In this document: piece after piece, positions 9,572-17,852 of the stretch
How positions within the stretch are numbered: position 1 is the first letter of the stretch
Layout: each line of letters starts with the position of its first letter
Source of the DNA: Candidatus Woesearchaeota archaeon
GTDB lineage: Archaea > Nanobdellota > Nanobdellia > UBA10117 > JABICX01
DNA: 64,000 bases
Direction of reading: 5' to 3'
NCBI GenBank assembly: GCA_018692915.1
Contig: JABHLG010000006.1
Location: forward strand, 5,627-69,626
The notes under the pieces: generated by a model
Told to the model about the DNA's origin: nothing
What the model saw: only the letters and a program-made list of their open reading frames with translations
Database searches by the model: none
Position numbers and translations under genes: made by a program

Positions 9572-9751
9572 TTACCTCAGTGCATATTCTCCAGCAGTAT
9601 CTAATTTCATTTTCTTTGCGATTTCTGATTTATCTGCATCAATGATTATAACTCTACCTTTCCAGCTTTCATTTAATTTGTCAGTTTGGCAAATAGGGCA
9701 CTTGTCTCCTATTACAAGTCTTTTACATTGCTTGCACATCTTCTTTGCCAT
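9572..9751 (-). CDS. spt4: Transcription elongation factor Spt4 (RpoE'')
   Basis: Not in the ORF track (59 aa). Translation is MAKKMCKQCKRLVIGDKCPICQTDKLNESWKGRVIIIDADKSEIAKKMKLDTAGEYALR, with a CxxC...CxxC zinc ribbon. Its start overlaps the rpo7 stop (TAATG). Confidence 0.8.
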   Translation of the reverse strand: MAKKMCKQCKRLVIGDKCPICQTDKLNESWKGRVIIIDADKSEIAKKMKLDTAGEYALR

Positions 9752-10332
9752 TATTTTTTACCTGCCTTTGCTAATTTGGCAGTCTCCTTTGATTCTTTTT
9801 TGATTTGTTCTGCAATCCATTCAATCTTACCTAAGTATTCTTGTCTCATTGTAAGTCCAATCTTTGGCTCATTTGTGTCTTTTATGCTTACAGCAACTAT
9901 TCTTGCTCGAACTTTATCGCCTTTCTTAAGCACTTTCTTTGAGTCTTTTCCTTGTAGAGTTCCTTCTTTGTTTACAGAAACAAAATCGTCCATTGTTTGT
10001 GATACATGCACCATTCCTTCGAATGGTCCAAAATCAATAAATGCACCGAACTTTGCAATATCTCGGATTTCTCCTTCAACAAGTTCATTTATTTCAGGTT
10101 TGAAATGAATTACTTTGAATGTTACTCTATAAAATGCAGCACCATCGCCAGGAACAATTATTCCTTCACCGATTTTCAGAACTTCAATAATTTTGATTAT
10201 GCGTCCAATGTCATTATTAACTTGACCCACATAGGTTGCTTTTAGCTGACTTGCTATTGCTTCATTTAGGTCAGAGCTAAATAACTTTGGTTCTACTCGA
10301 ACAACACCCTCAACTTCTGATAATGCATACAT
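9751..10332 (-). CDS. rpo7: RNA polymerase subunit Rpo7 (E')
   Basis: MYALSEVEGVVRVEP N-terminus and a C-terminal S1 domain (GEIRDIAKFGAFIDFG). The start at 10332 is preferred over the 32-codon upstream extension. Confidence 0.85.
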   Translation of the reverse strand: MYALSEVEGVVRVEPKLFSSDLNEAIASQLKATYVGQVNNDIGRIIKIIEVLKIGEGIIVPGDGAAFYRVTFKVIHFKPEINELVEGEIRDIAKFGAFIDFGPFEGMVHVSQTMDDFVSVNKEGTLQGKDSKKVLKKGDKVRARIVAVSIKDTNEPKIGLTMRQEYLGKIEWIAEQIKKESKETAKLAKAGKK

Positions 10333-10360
10333 GTTGATTATACAGGGAAGAAGACCTTTT

Positions 10361-10675
10361 TTAAAGCTTGTGTTCAGCTTTAAGCAATTTATCAAAAGTG
10401 TATATATCACAACTGTGTTCCTTTGCATATTTTAATATCATTTTGTCAGTATGACCTGCTTCTAGTTTAATAATTTTCCACTTTTTGTGCTTAATTAGCT
10501 GAAGTGCTAGCTTAGCAGCAGCTTTATCTGCTCCTTTTCTAGCCGTCTTTGTTAGTTTTTCTAGCTCAGCAATAACTAAATTTGGAATGAGAATCTGCCT
10601 ATCAATAACTGTAGCTAAATCTTGCTTTTTCTTAGCAGCATAGATTAATGCGTTTGTATCAATAATTACTTTCAT
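10361..10675 (-). CDS. PIN-domain protein (Fcf1/COG1412-like)
   Basis: MKVIIDTNALIYAA ... IYTFDKLL. It has the conserved archaeal position upstream of rpo7. Confidence 0.7.
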   Translation of the reverse strand: MKVIIDTNALIYAAKKKQDLATVIDRQILIPNLVIAELEKLTKTARKGADKAAAKLALQLIKHKKWKIIKLEAGHTDKMILKYAKEHSCDIYTFDKLLKAEHKL

Positions 10676-10697
10676 ATATAATAAACCTTAAAATTGT

Positions 10698-11231
10698 ATG
10701 TTTAAAACTCTATTTATGGCTAAACCTGATGATTACAATAAGACTGCGAAGATTTACAATAATCGTTATAGAGAAACTCAATTTGAGAAATATCGAATAA
10801 TGCTATCAGGTCTTAAACTAAATGGGCAAATTTTAGATCACGGTTGTGGCACAGGACTTTTAGGTGAATTTTTAGCTTCTTGGGGGAGCGAAGCGGGGGA
10901 AGTTGGTAAGAGGGCATGGCTCTTACATGGATGTGATAGTTCTAAAGAGATGCTTAAAATTCGAGGAGCTGGAGATTTGTGTAATGTAGAAAAATTGCCT
11001 TACAAAAACACAGAGTTTGACTTTGTGTTAAGTTTCTCTATGTTGATGAATTGTAAAAATCCTGAAAAAGTAATCAAAGAAATCAAGCGAGTTCTTAAGC
11101 TAAATGGAACTTTTGTATGTACTTTTCTAAAATCCTTTGAATCTAAATTAAAACCTCTTCTTGAAAAACATTTTAAAATTCAATTAGAAACAAATTGCGG
11201 AGAAGATGTAGGATTCTTGTTTAGACTCTAA
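10698..11231 (+). CDS. Class I SAM-dependent methyltransferase
   Basis: Motif I is ILDHGCGTGLL, with an acidic motif II region. Contains a GC-rich in-frame insertion (10878..10926). Confidence 0.75.
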   Translation: MFKTLFMAKPDDYNKTAKIYNNRYRETQFEKYRIMLSGLKLNGQILDHGCGTGLLGEFLASWGSEAGEVGKRAWLLHGCDSSKEMLKIRGAGDLCNVEKLPYKNTEFDFVLSFSMLMNCKNPEKVIKEIKRVLKLNGTFVCTFLKSFESKLKPLLEKHFKIQLETNCGEDVGFLFRL

Positions 11232-11259
11232 CAAATAACTTGAATCTATCTTTCTCTTC
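11221..11259 (-). pseudogene. Displaced duplicate of the last 13 codons (including stop) of the DUF655 gene
   Basis: Encodes EEKDRFKLFVRV*, identical to the functional end at 11355..11317. 7 of 39 nt differ and all are synonymous. It overlaps the methyltransferase stop convergently. Confidence 0.85.
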
Positions 11260-11316
11260 GAAACTTTTCAAAAAATTTTCACTAAAACGTCTAATTGTAA
11301 CAGAATACCGACAGAA
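11260..11316. repeat. Hairpin element, short form (family copy)
   Basis: gaaacttttcaaaaaattttc (compare gaaactttttcagaaaaagtttc at 51077) followed by aaaacgtct...cgacagaa (compare aaaacgttgct...cgcaacaataa). Abuts the DUF655 stop codon. Confidence 0.7.
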
Positions 11317-11871
11317 TTAAACACGAACAAACAGCTTGAATCTGTCTTTTTCTTCTAGCTCATCCATTATTCTTTGTATAACTAATTTCTTTGGGTTTGA
11401 GACAGAGCTAACTCTAGTTTTAATATCTTCAAAACTAACAAATGGTCGAACTTCTCTTTCTTCTAATAGCTCTTTTGCATGTCGCTTTCCAATGCCTGGA
11501 AGTAGCTCAAGAGTGTGTGCTCTAAGTGAGATTGGTCCAGAATAGTTAAAGAAATTAACAAATTTCTCTTCTCTTTTATCAACAAGACTTTCAATTATGA
11601 ATTTTAACTCGCTTTTAGCTGTCTGAGTTAGTTTTTCATTTGGTAGAATTCCTCTAATCCATGCAATCTGATCTCGTTCACCTTCACCAATGTAGACCTC
11701 ATCATGTGCTTTTAGAGCTATATCTGGTTTAGGAACTAATTCAAAAAGTGTAAAATGGTCACGACCTAGTGCCTGAACAACAGGTTCTTTCTGATGTAAT
11801 GGTCTAGAGTCCTCTGGATAGCCGTTCTTCAAAAAATCTAATACGATTGCATATTCTTCTTTCGCTCTCAT
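11317..11871 (-). CDS. DUF655 / COG1491 predicted RNA-binding protein
   Basis: MRAKEEYAIVLDFLKNGYP N-terminus and a C-terminal HhH-like region. Has the conserved archaeal neighbourhood with rpo4. Confidence 0.75.
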   Translation of the reverse strand: MRAKEEYAIVLDFLKNGYPEDSRPLHQKEPVVQALGRDHFTLFELVPKPDIALKAHDEVYIGEGERDQIAWIRGILPNEKLTQTAKSELKFIIESLVDKREEKFVNFFNYSGPISLRAHTLELLPGIGKRHAKELLEEREVRPFVSFEDIKTRVSSVSNPKKLVIQRIMDELEEKDRFKLFVRV

Positions 11872-11891
11872 TTTTTTTTCCTTTAGCTATC

Positions 11892-12236
11892 TTACTTTTC
11901 ATATTTGTTGACTGTTTTTTGTATATTATTTAAGTTCTCTGGAGCAATTGTTGTTTTTGTGCCAGCGAAAATTGTCTTTAGTTCGCTTATGGCTCGCGGT
12001 ATTAAGTTAATTATTGTAGCGATGTGTTCTTCAGTCATACGAGGAACTTCGAGTGCTCTTAATTCCTCAATTAACTTAAGCTCTTGAGATTTATTAAGTT
12101 TGCTGAACTTGATTGAATGATCCATAGCTTTTTGCTGTATTGGCTCTAGCTCATCTTTTTTAGTTTTAGGTTTAATAGTTTCAGCTATTTCTCCTAATCC
12201 CATTATTCTTGATTTGATTATTTTAAGTTCTGGCAT
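11892..12236 (-). CDS. rpo4: RNA polymerase subunit Rpo4 (F)
   Basis: 114 aa. Size, helical HRDC-like C-terminal half and the position between L21e and DUF655 match archaeal rpoF. Confidence 0.7.
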   Translation of the reverse strand: MPELKIIKSRIMGLGEIAETIKPKTKKDELEPIQQKAMDHSIKFSKLNKSQELKLIEELRALEVPRMTEEHIATIINLIPRAISELKTIFAGTKTTIAPENLNNIQKTVNKYEK

Positions 12237-12260
12237 AATGTTATAGAAAAAATGGGCTTT

Positions 12261-12551
12261 TTAAAGTTTCCTTAAATGGACTGCTTTAGCTAAAACATGT
12301 TTAATCTTTTTGAAATCTTTAAGTTGAATTAAATAGGCCATACCTTGTTTCTTTTTGATTGTGCCTACAGAGTTTTTGAATCGAGGATGTGGCATTGCGC
12401 TGTGCTGACCTGATTCTTGTAAAATTCTAACTTTTTCACCAATATTGAAAGTTCTAAGAATCTTATTAATAGGAAGTTTTCCTCTATCTCTAGCTTTCTT
12501 TTGGAGCTTGTTTCTTGTCTTGTATCTTGATCCACCTGTTCTTTGTGTCAT
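12261..12551 (-). CDS. rpl21e: Ribosomal protein L21e
   Basis: MTQRTGGSRYKTRNKLQKKARDRGK...FNIGEKV...PHPRFKNSVG. Confidence 0.9.
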   Translation of the reverse strand: MTQRTGGSRYKTRNKLQKKARDRGKLPINKILRTFNIGEKVRILQESGQHSAMPHPRFKNSVGTIKKKQGMAYLIQLKDFKKIKHVLAKAVHLRKL

Positions 12552-12589
12552 AGTTTTAACCTCATTTTAGGGTTTTTAAAGTTTTGTGT

Positions 12590-12943
12590 TTAATCCTTAT
12601 TGTATTTTATTTTAAATTGAGCAAAAATATTATCAAACGGAGGTAATCCTGGATCAACAGGAATAAGACCTTTTGCTTCTAGTCTATCTCCAATATCTTT
12701 TAGACTTTTACCATTGTCATCTACATAAATATAATAATAATTATTAGTTGGTCCATCTGGCAATAGTTTAAATTTTTCACTAGATTTCATTGGGCGAGGA
12801 TATACTATAAAACCCATATCATTTATTGAATCAGGTTGTGCGACTAATGCACCACTCTCATTAATTATTTCTCGTAGATCGTTCTCATCTAGTGTAAGTG
12901 TATAAATTGTTTTACCATTTTCTTTAGATATTTTTTTTTCCAT
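12590..12943 (-). CDS. Hypothetical protein, tightly coupled downstream of srp54
   Basis: 117-aa ORF starting 2 nt after the srp54 stop. No recognised motif. Confidence 0.4.
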   Translation of the reverse strand: MEKKISKENGKTIYTLTLDENDLREIINESGALVAQPDSINDMGFIVYPRPMKSSEKFKLLPDGPTNNYYYIYVDDNGKSLKDIGDRLEAKGLIPVDPGLPPFDNIFAQFKIKYNKD

Positions 12944-12944
12944 T

Positions 12945-14312
12945 TTACATTCCAGGTAGTTTCATACCACCGGGTAAGCCACCTTTGCCACCCATCATTT
13001 TAGCTAATTGCTTCATCTTTTGAGGGCTGCCCATTGACTTCATCATTTTCTGCATCTGCTTGTATTGCTTAAGTAATCCGCGCACTTCTTTTTCATCAGT
13101 GCCCGAGCCATTAGCGATTCTGTTGATTCTAGAAGCATTCATAACATCAGGATTTTCCTTTTCTGTTGGAGTCATAGATTGCATAATAAATTTCCATGTT
13201 TTCATTTTGCTTTCTTGACCTTTAAGCGCATCTTTTGGAACTGCTCCACCCATTCCAGGTATCATACCCATAATTTGTGAGAGCGGACCCATTTTTTGCA
13301 TTGCTTCCATTTGATCATATAAATCTTGAAGTGAAAGTCCTTGACCTTTTGTAACTTTCTTAGCTAATTTCTCAGCTTTATCTTTGTCAATTGCACCTTC
13401 TGCTTTTTTTAGAAGAGTTTCTAAATCTCCCATTCCAAGAATTCGAGATACAAAGTTCTTTGGCTTGAACTCTTCAATTGCATCCATTTTTTCTCCAACT
13501 CCAATAAACATAACTTTTGCTCCAGTAGTTGCGCAAGCTGTTAATGCACCTCCACCTTTTGCAGTTCCATCTAGTTTTGTAATTACAACACCTGTAACTC
13601 CAACGTTTTTGTGGAAAGATTCAGCTTGAGATTGTGCACCTTGACCAATGTCTCCAGAAAGAACTAGAAGTGCTTCATCAGGATTTACTGCTTTATTTAA
13701 CACCTTGATTTCATCTGTTAGCTCTTTGTTTAGAGAATCTCGTCCAGCTGTATCAATTATAACAACATCATATTTTTTGAATTCCTTTTCAAATTCTTTG
13801 ATTATATCTTCAGGTTTTTTAGCAGATGAATTTCCATAAAAATCAACTTTCATTGCTCTAGCTAGCTGCTGTAGCTGTGCATATGCAGCAGGTCGCCATG
13901 TGTCTGTTTGAACAACTGCAACTTTTTTACCTTGTTTTTTATAGTATCGTCCAAGTTTTCCTGCAGTTGTTGTCTTTCCAGACCCAAATAGACCAACTAG
14001 CATTATCTTAGTTGGCTTTTTCTTAAATTCAATCTCTTTGAACTCTTTTCCAAGGAAGTTAGTTAGTTCTTCAAAAACAATATTTACAACATGCTCGCGA
14101 GTTGTTAGACCTTTTGGAGGAGTTTCATTTGTTCCTCTGTCTCTGATTTTCTGAGCAATTTCTTTAGCTAAAGTAATATTAACATCAGCTGCTATCAATG
14201 CTTTTTTGATATCAGAAGATAATTCAATAACTGCTTTTTTATCAACTAGCCCTATATTAGTTATTTTCTTCAAACTTTCCTTTAGTCTATCTGATAATGA
14301 GTCTAATACCAT
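12945..14312 (-). CDS. srp54: Signal recognition particle protein SRP54
   Basis: N domain, G domain (GLFGSGKTTT, DTAGR, TKLDG) and a Met-rich M domain. Confidence 0.95.
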   Translation of the reverse strand: MVLDSLSDRLKESLKKITNIGLVDKKAVIELSSDIKKALIAADVNITLAKEIAQKIRDRGTNETPPKGLTTREHVVNIVFEELTNFLGKEFKEIEFKKKPTKIMLVGLFGSGKTTTAGKLGRYYKKQGKKVAVVQTDTWRPAAYAQLQQLARAMKVDFYGNSSAKKPEDIIKEFEKEFKKYDVVIIDTAGRDSLNKELTDEIKVLNKAVNPDEALLVLSGDIGQGAQSQAESFHKNVGVTGVVITKLDGTAKGGGALTACATTGAKVMFIGVGEKMDAIEEFKPKNFVSRILGMGDLETLLKKAEGAIDKDKAEKLAKKVTKGQGLSLQDLYDQMEAMQKMGPLSQIMGMIPGMGGAVPKDALKGQESKMKTWKFIMQSMTPTEKENPDVMNASRINRIANGSGTDEKEVRGLLKQYKQMQKMMKSMGSPQKMKQLAKMMGGKGGLPGGMKLPGM

Positions 14313-14329
14313 ACTTTTTAGCAGAAATG

Positions 14330-14350
14330 GAGGTTTTTAAGTGCTTTGAT
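14330..14350 (-). promoter_or_regulatory. Promoter block shared by srp54 and ftsY (TATA-like TTAAAAAC)
   Basis: gaggtttttaagtgctttgat begins 18 nt upstream of the srp54 ATG. 20 of 21 nt match 18928..18948, which sits at the same spacing from the ftsY ATG. Confidence 0.55.
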
Positions 14351-14406
14351 TAGAAGATTATAACCGTTAATCTTATAAACTAGTCATTACACAGTAGCAC
14401 TATAGT

Positions 14407-16410
14407 ATGACACTTTCAGAAGTAAAAAATTCGGTTCAAGAAACTATATTTCTTAAAGACCGTATCAAAACAAGTCTAGAAAAAATAATTAAGTTAAATA
14501 AAGAGATAGATCCTGGTGATGACGGATATAAACGATTTGTTAATGCTAAGTCTGATGATATAATGCCATATGTTCAATCTAACTGGACTGATCTTGATGA
14601 GGCTTCGCTGGTTAATGATAGTCAAGTGATTTTATTTGGAGATACCAATCATGCAAAAACAGGTAATATTGGCGGTATGGCAAAGTATATACCTCTTTTG
14701 AAGAAAGCAGGAATTACTGATGTAGCTATTGAGTTTCCAAGAGATGAGAAGAATCTCGAAGCAGTTACTCAGTTTAATGAGACTGGAGACTTGTCTCTGA
14801 TACGACCTATTGCAAATCAGACAAGAACACCTGTACGAATTGTTAGATTTTTTAGAAACGCACATCAAGAAGGAATGAATGTATCTTTAATAGATATGCC
14901 TGAAAAATCTCGGGATTCAAAATGGAGCACTACCCAACTTAACTATCAAAGAGGAATATATATGGGCCAAGTTCTTTCTGAGTTAGCTGAAGATTCTAAT
15001 GTTAAAATTGCGGCTTTTTGTGGTGCGGGACATTTTAGAGAAAAAGAAATACCGAAACAACTAACTGATGATAATATTGCATTTAAGAAATTTGCAGTTG
15101 TTACTCAAGGACAACCTATGTCGTTTATACTTCCAGATAATCAATATGAGATCGGCCCAGCAAATGCAGTAAATAGATGTGATTTATCTAATCGTAGTGG
15201 GTTTGTTGATTTAAATAATAATTACGATTTAGATGGATTTATATATTTTACAAAATCTAGTCTTATTGAGGATCAGAAATCTGCTAAATTAATTCTTGAT
15301 GATATTTCTAGTATTATCCCTTCTGTAGATGCACCAAAAGAAAACGCATTAGCACATTTAACTGGAAGCACAGCAATTCAAACAATTTCACAGCATTTTG
15401 GAAATCGTGTGGATCCATCATTATATACCTGGGAAGGCACAAATACTGAAAAGATTTATGATTTTGTAAATAATATTGACAGTCTAAATAATGGACAGAA
15501 ACTTCATCTATCAATTATGCTGGAGAATTATGTTCGTACTACTCTGCGTCATGGTGGAGGTTCTATACTTAGAATGGAATTTGATTCAGATGCAAACGCA
15601 TTTGGTATAGATACTATTGATACTTTTGGAAAGAAATTTGATGCAGAAGAGTATGCTGCTGCACGTGGAAAACACAGAGAAGTTACGTTAGATATGTTAC
15701 TTTCACAATATAATTTTGAAGACATAATGATTAAAGACGTAAGTCAAATACCTGAGACAGATATTTTACCTAATCCAGAAAATCTAGAAAGTGCACATAA
15801 GGTTATGATATTAATGTCTGCGTATGCGACGCACCCAGAACGGATTACGTGGGCAAATGATCGAAGTACACCTATGATTGGAGTTTATCGGGAAGGAAAT
15901 CATAATGATGATTATATTACTCGACTTGGTATTGAAGATTTTCTATTAACTGATATGGAGAGCAAGCTAGTTGATTTTGAAAAAAAGAATTCCGAGTACA
16001 CTCATAATATGGATAAGTTAAATACATTATTCTATTCATTTAGTAAAGATAAAGCTCTTTCTTTTAGTTATCGTAAAAAAGTGAAAAATTATAGCAGTGA
16101 GTTCATAGCCATATTTAGTGATATTATTTATGCAAGCAATAATGTAACGCGTAAGATAATTAATGCTCGATCTGAGCTACAGTATCTTAGTAACGATTCC
16201 GCAGAAACGCTGATTGAAAATGCTTATAACAAATTAGAAACATATAACGCAGTTATTAATAATGTGGCAGATGTTATGGATAAGAAAAATGTCTATCGAG
16301 GCAAATTTTTTGAAAATGATCTTGACTTTAAGCAGATTATTCAGGATAATCGCGAAATGGTTAAAGATTTAAGAAGTAATCTTAATGACATCAGAACATC
16401 GCTTAATTAA
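14407..16410 (+). CDS. Hypothetical 667-aa protein (cassette X1); N-terminal region has ChaN/Tiki-like motifs
   Basis: ILFGDTNHAKTG ... VAIEFPRDE ... AAFCGAGHFRE resemble the GExH / GxGH pattern of the ChaN (haem-binding uptake)/Tiki/erythromycin-esterase fold. The rest is orphan. Unverified. Confidence 0.45.
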   Translation: MTLSEVKNSVQETIFLKDRIKTSLEKIIKLNKEIDPGDDGYKRFVNAKSDDIMPYVQSNWTDLDEASLVNDSQVILFGDTNHAKTGNIGGMAKYIPLLKKAGITDVAIEFPRDEKNLEAVTQFNETGDLSLIRPIANQTRTPVRIVRFFRNAHQEGMNVSLIDMPEKSRDSKWSTTQLNYQRGIYMGQVLSELAEDSNVKIAAFCGAGHFREKEIPKQLTDDNIAFKKFAVVTQGQPMSFILPDNQYEIGPANAVNRCDLSNRSGFVDLNNNYDLDGFIYFTKSSLIEDQKSAKLILDDISSIIPSVDAPKENALAHLTGSTAIQTISQHFGNRVDPSLYTWEGTNTEKIYDFVNNIDSLNNGQKLHLSIMLENYVRTTLRHGGGSILRMEFDSDANAFGIDTIDTFGKKFDAEEYAAARGKHREVTLDMLLSQYNFEDIMIKDVSQIPETDILPNPENLESAHKVMILMSAYATHPERITWANDRSTPMIGVYREGNHNDDYITRLGIEDFLLTDMESKLVDFEKKNSEYTHNMDKLNTLFYSFSKDKALSFSYRKKVKNYSSEFIAIFSDIIYASNNVTRKIINARSELQYLSNDSAETLIENAYNKLETYNAVINNVADVMDKKNVYRGKFFENDLDFKQIIQDNREMVKDLRSNLNDIRTSLN

Positions 16411-16656
16411 TTAAAGCATTTTCTTTAATAATTTTTTAGGGTTAAATATTTCTAAATCTTTGTATTCTTGCCCTGTTCCACAGTCTCTAATTTTCTGAGC
16501 AATTTCTTTAGCTAAAGTAATATTAACATCAGCTGCTATCAATGCTTTTTTGATATCAGAAGATAATTCAATAACTGCTTTCTTATCAACTAGACCAATA
16601 TTTGTTATTTTCTTCAAACTTTCTTTTAGTCTGTCTGATAATGAGTCTAATACCAT
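16411..16656 (-). pseudogene. In-frame chimera: first 58 codons of srp54 fused to the last about 22 codons of ftsY
   Basis: 16484..16656 matches 14140..14312 (7 of 173 mismatches, all synonymous). 16411..16479 matches 17849..17917 (4 of 69 mismatches). The junction lies at a tgttcc microhomology. Confidence 0.85.
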
Positions 16657-16681
16657 TAAAATAAAGTAAATTTTAGTTTTA

Positions 16682-16700
16682 TAAAGAAGACGAATTGAAG
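16682..16700. repeat. 19-bp perfect direct repeat, copy 1
   Basis: taaagaagacgaattgaag, identical to 17423..17441. Confidence 0.8.
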
Positions 16701-16702
16701 TA

Positions 16703-16975
16703 TTAATGTAAATATTTCAATAGACCTTTTGCACTATTTAATAATGTATTAAATCTAAAATCTTTGAATTCATCAGATATTGAGTCACAATCATTAATTA
16801 ATTCTGTCAATTCAGATTTAGTATTTAGATCGTTGACTTTTTCTATGGCTGACGAATTAATTGTACCATCTTGATTTGTTCCATGTTCGATATAAGATAA
16901 GTTATATGTAGCGAAAGCTAATCTTCCATATATTTCTAAAACTTTTTTCACCTCATCAGATGAATATTTTTTCAT
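16703..16975 (-). CDS. Hypothetical protein (cassette X2)
   Basis: 90-aa ORF, no motif recognised. Confidence 0.3.
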   Translation of the reverse strand: MKKYSSDEVKKVLEIYGRLAFATYNLSYIEHGTNQDGTINSSAIEKVNDLNTKSELTELINDCDSISDEFKDFRFNTLLNSAKGLLKYLH

Positions 16976-17008
16976 TTAACTGTACTAAATAACACTTTTT
17001 AAAGTCTT

Positions 17009-17425
17009 TTGATGTGTGATTTTATGGGAATAGAAATTCTTATGAAAAATGATTTGGAAAAAGGTGCAGAGATTCTCGAATTTTTTATGAGAAAAAGATA
17101 TTCTGAAGAAATGGATTATGATGTTGATAGAGCTTCTTTTGCGAGTACATATATAATAATGGGTTTAAAACACTCAAAAAATGAAGAGTTAGTTGATAGA
17201 ACTAAAGAAATATTGCGTCGTATAATGAATAATTATATGTTTGATGTAGATAAAGATCAGAGTTATTTATATGAATTGACAACAGTATCAACATTTTACC
17301 GGATTCCAGAAACAACTAATTTTTTAGAAAAAATAAAACAAAGTAATGACTATATAAAATTGAATGATAATTTGAAAGATAGAGTTGAACGATGTGTTTT
17401 TACTTTCGAGCAAGAAAAAAATTAA
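17009..17425 (+). CDS. Hypothetical protein (cassette X2)
   Basis: 138-aa ORF, helical composition, no motif recognised. Confidence 0.3.
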   Translation: MMCDFMGIEILMKNDLEKGAEILEFFMRKRYSEEMDYDVDRASFASTYIIMGLKHSKNEELVDRTKEILRRIMNNYMFDVDKDQSYLYELTTVSTFYRIPETTNFLEKIKQSNDYIKLNDNLKDRVERCVFTFEQEKN

Positions 17426-17441
17426 AGAAGACGAATTGAAG
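17423..17441. repeat. 19-bp perfect direct repeat, copy 2
   Basis: taaagaagacgaattgaag, identical to 16682..16700. The pair brackets the two divergent ORFs 16703..17425. Confidence 0.8.
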
Positions 17442-17462
17442 ATATCGAACTGTTTTTAAAAT

Positions 17463-17852
17463 TTGCCACTGATATTTAATATGTCAGAAATTGTTGATAA
17501 TATTTGGGAAAAAACTCGCAAGATTGCGTTAGAATTAACTATTGAAGATGCTAAAGAGATTGCAAGTGCATTTAAGTTTTTTAATGAAGCAGTTGGTACT
17601 AAGCGAATTAATGATGGAGATTATTTCTTGCATACATTTCTTGCAAATGTAGCTCGTTATCAGACTAAATTTACTGATGCGGAAAAAGATTTCTTGCTAA
17701 ATGATGCTAAAACAGGTAGAGGTCAGACAGAAACAGTTATTTTATGTATATTGAATGAGAATAGTTCTAAACATTTAGAAACCTTGGAAGAAAAGAGAGC
17801 ATATCCAATATATAATGTATTTAGTGATGCGATTAATGCTGCATATCCTTAG
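17463..17852 (+). CDS. Hypothetical protein (cassette X2)
   Basis: 129-aa ORF (non-ATG start in the track). Its stop overlaps the ftsY stop convergently. Confidence 0.3.
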   Translation: MPLIFNMSEIVDNIWEKTRKIALELTIEDAKEIASAFKFFNEAVGTKRINDGDYFLHTFLANVARYQTKFTDAEKDFLLNDAKTGRGQTETVILCILNENSSKHLETLEEKRAYPIYNVFSDAINAAYP

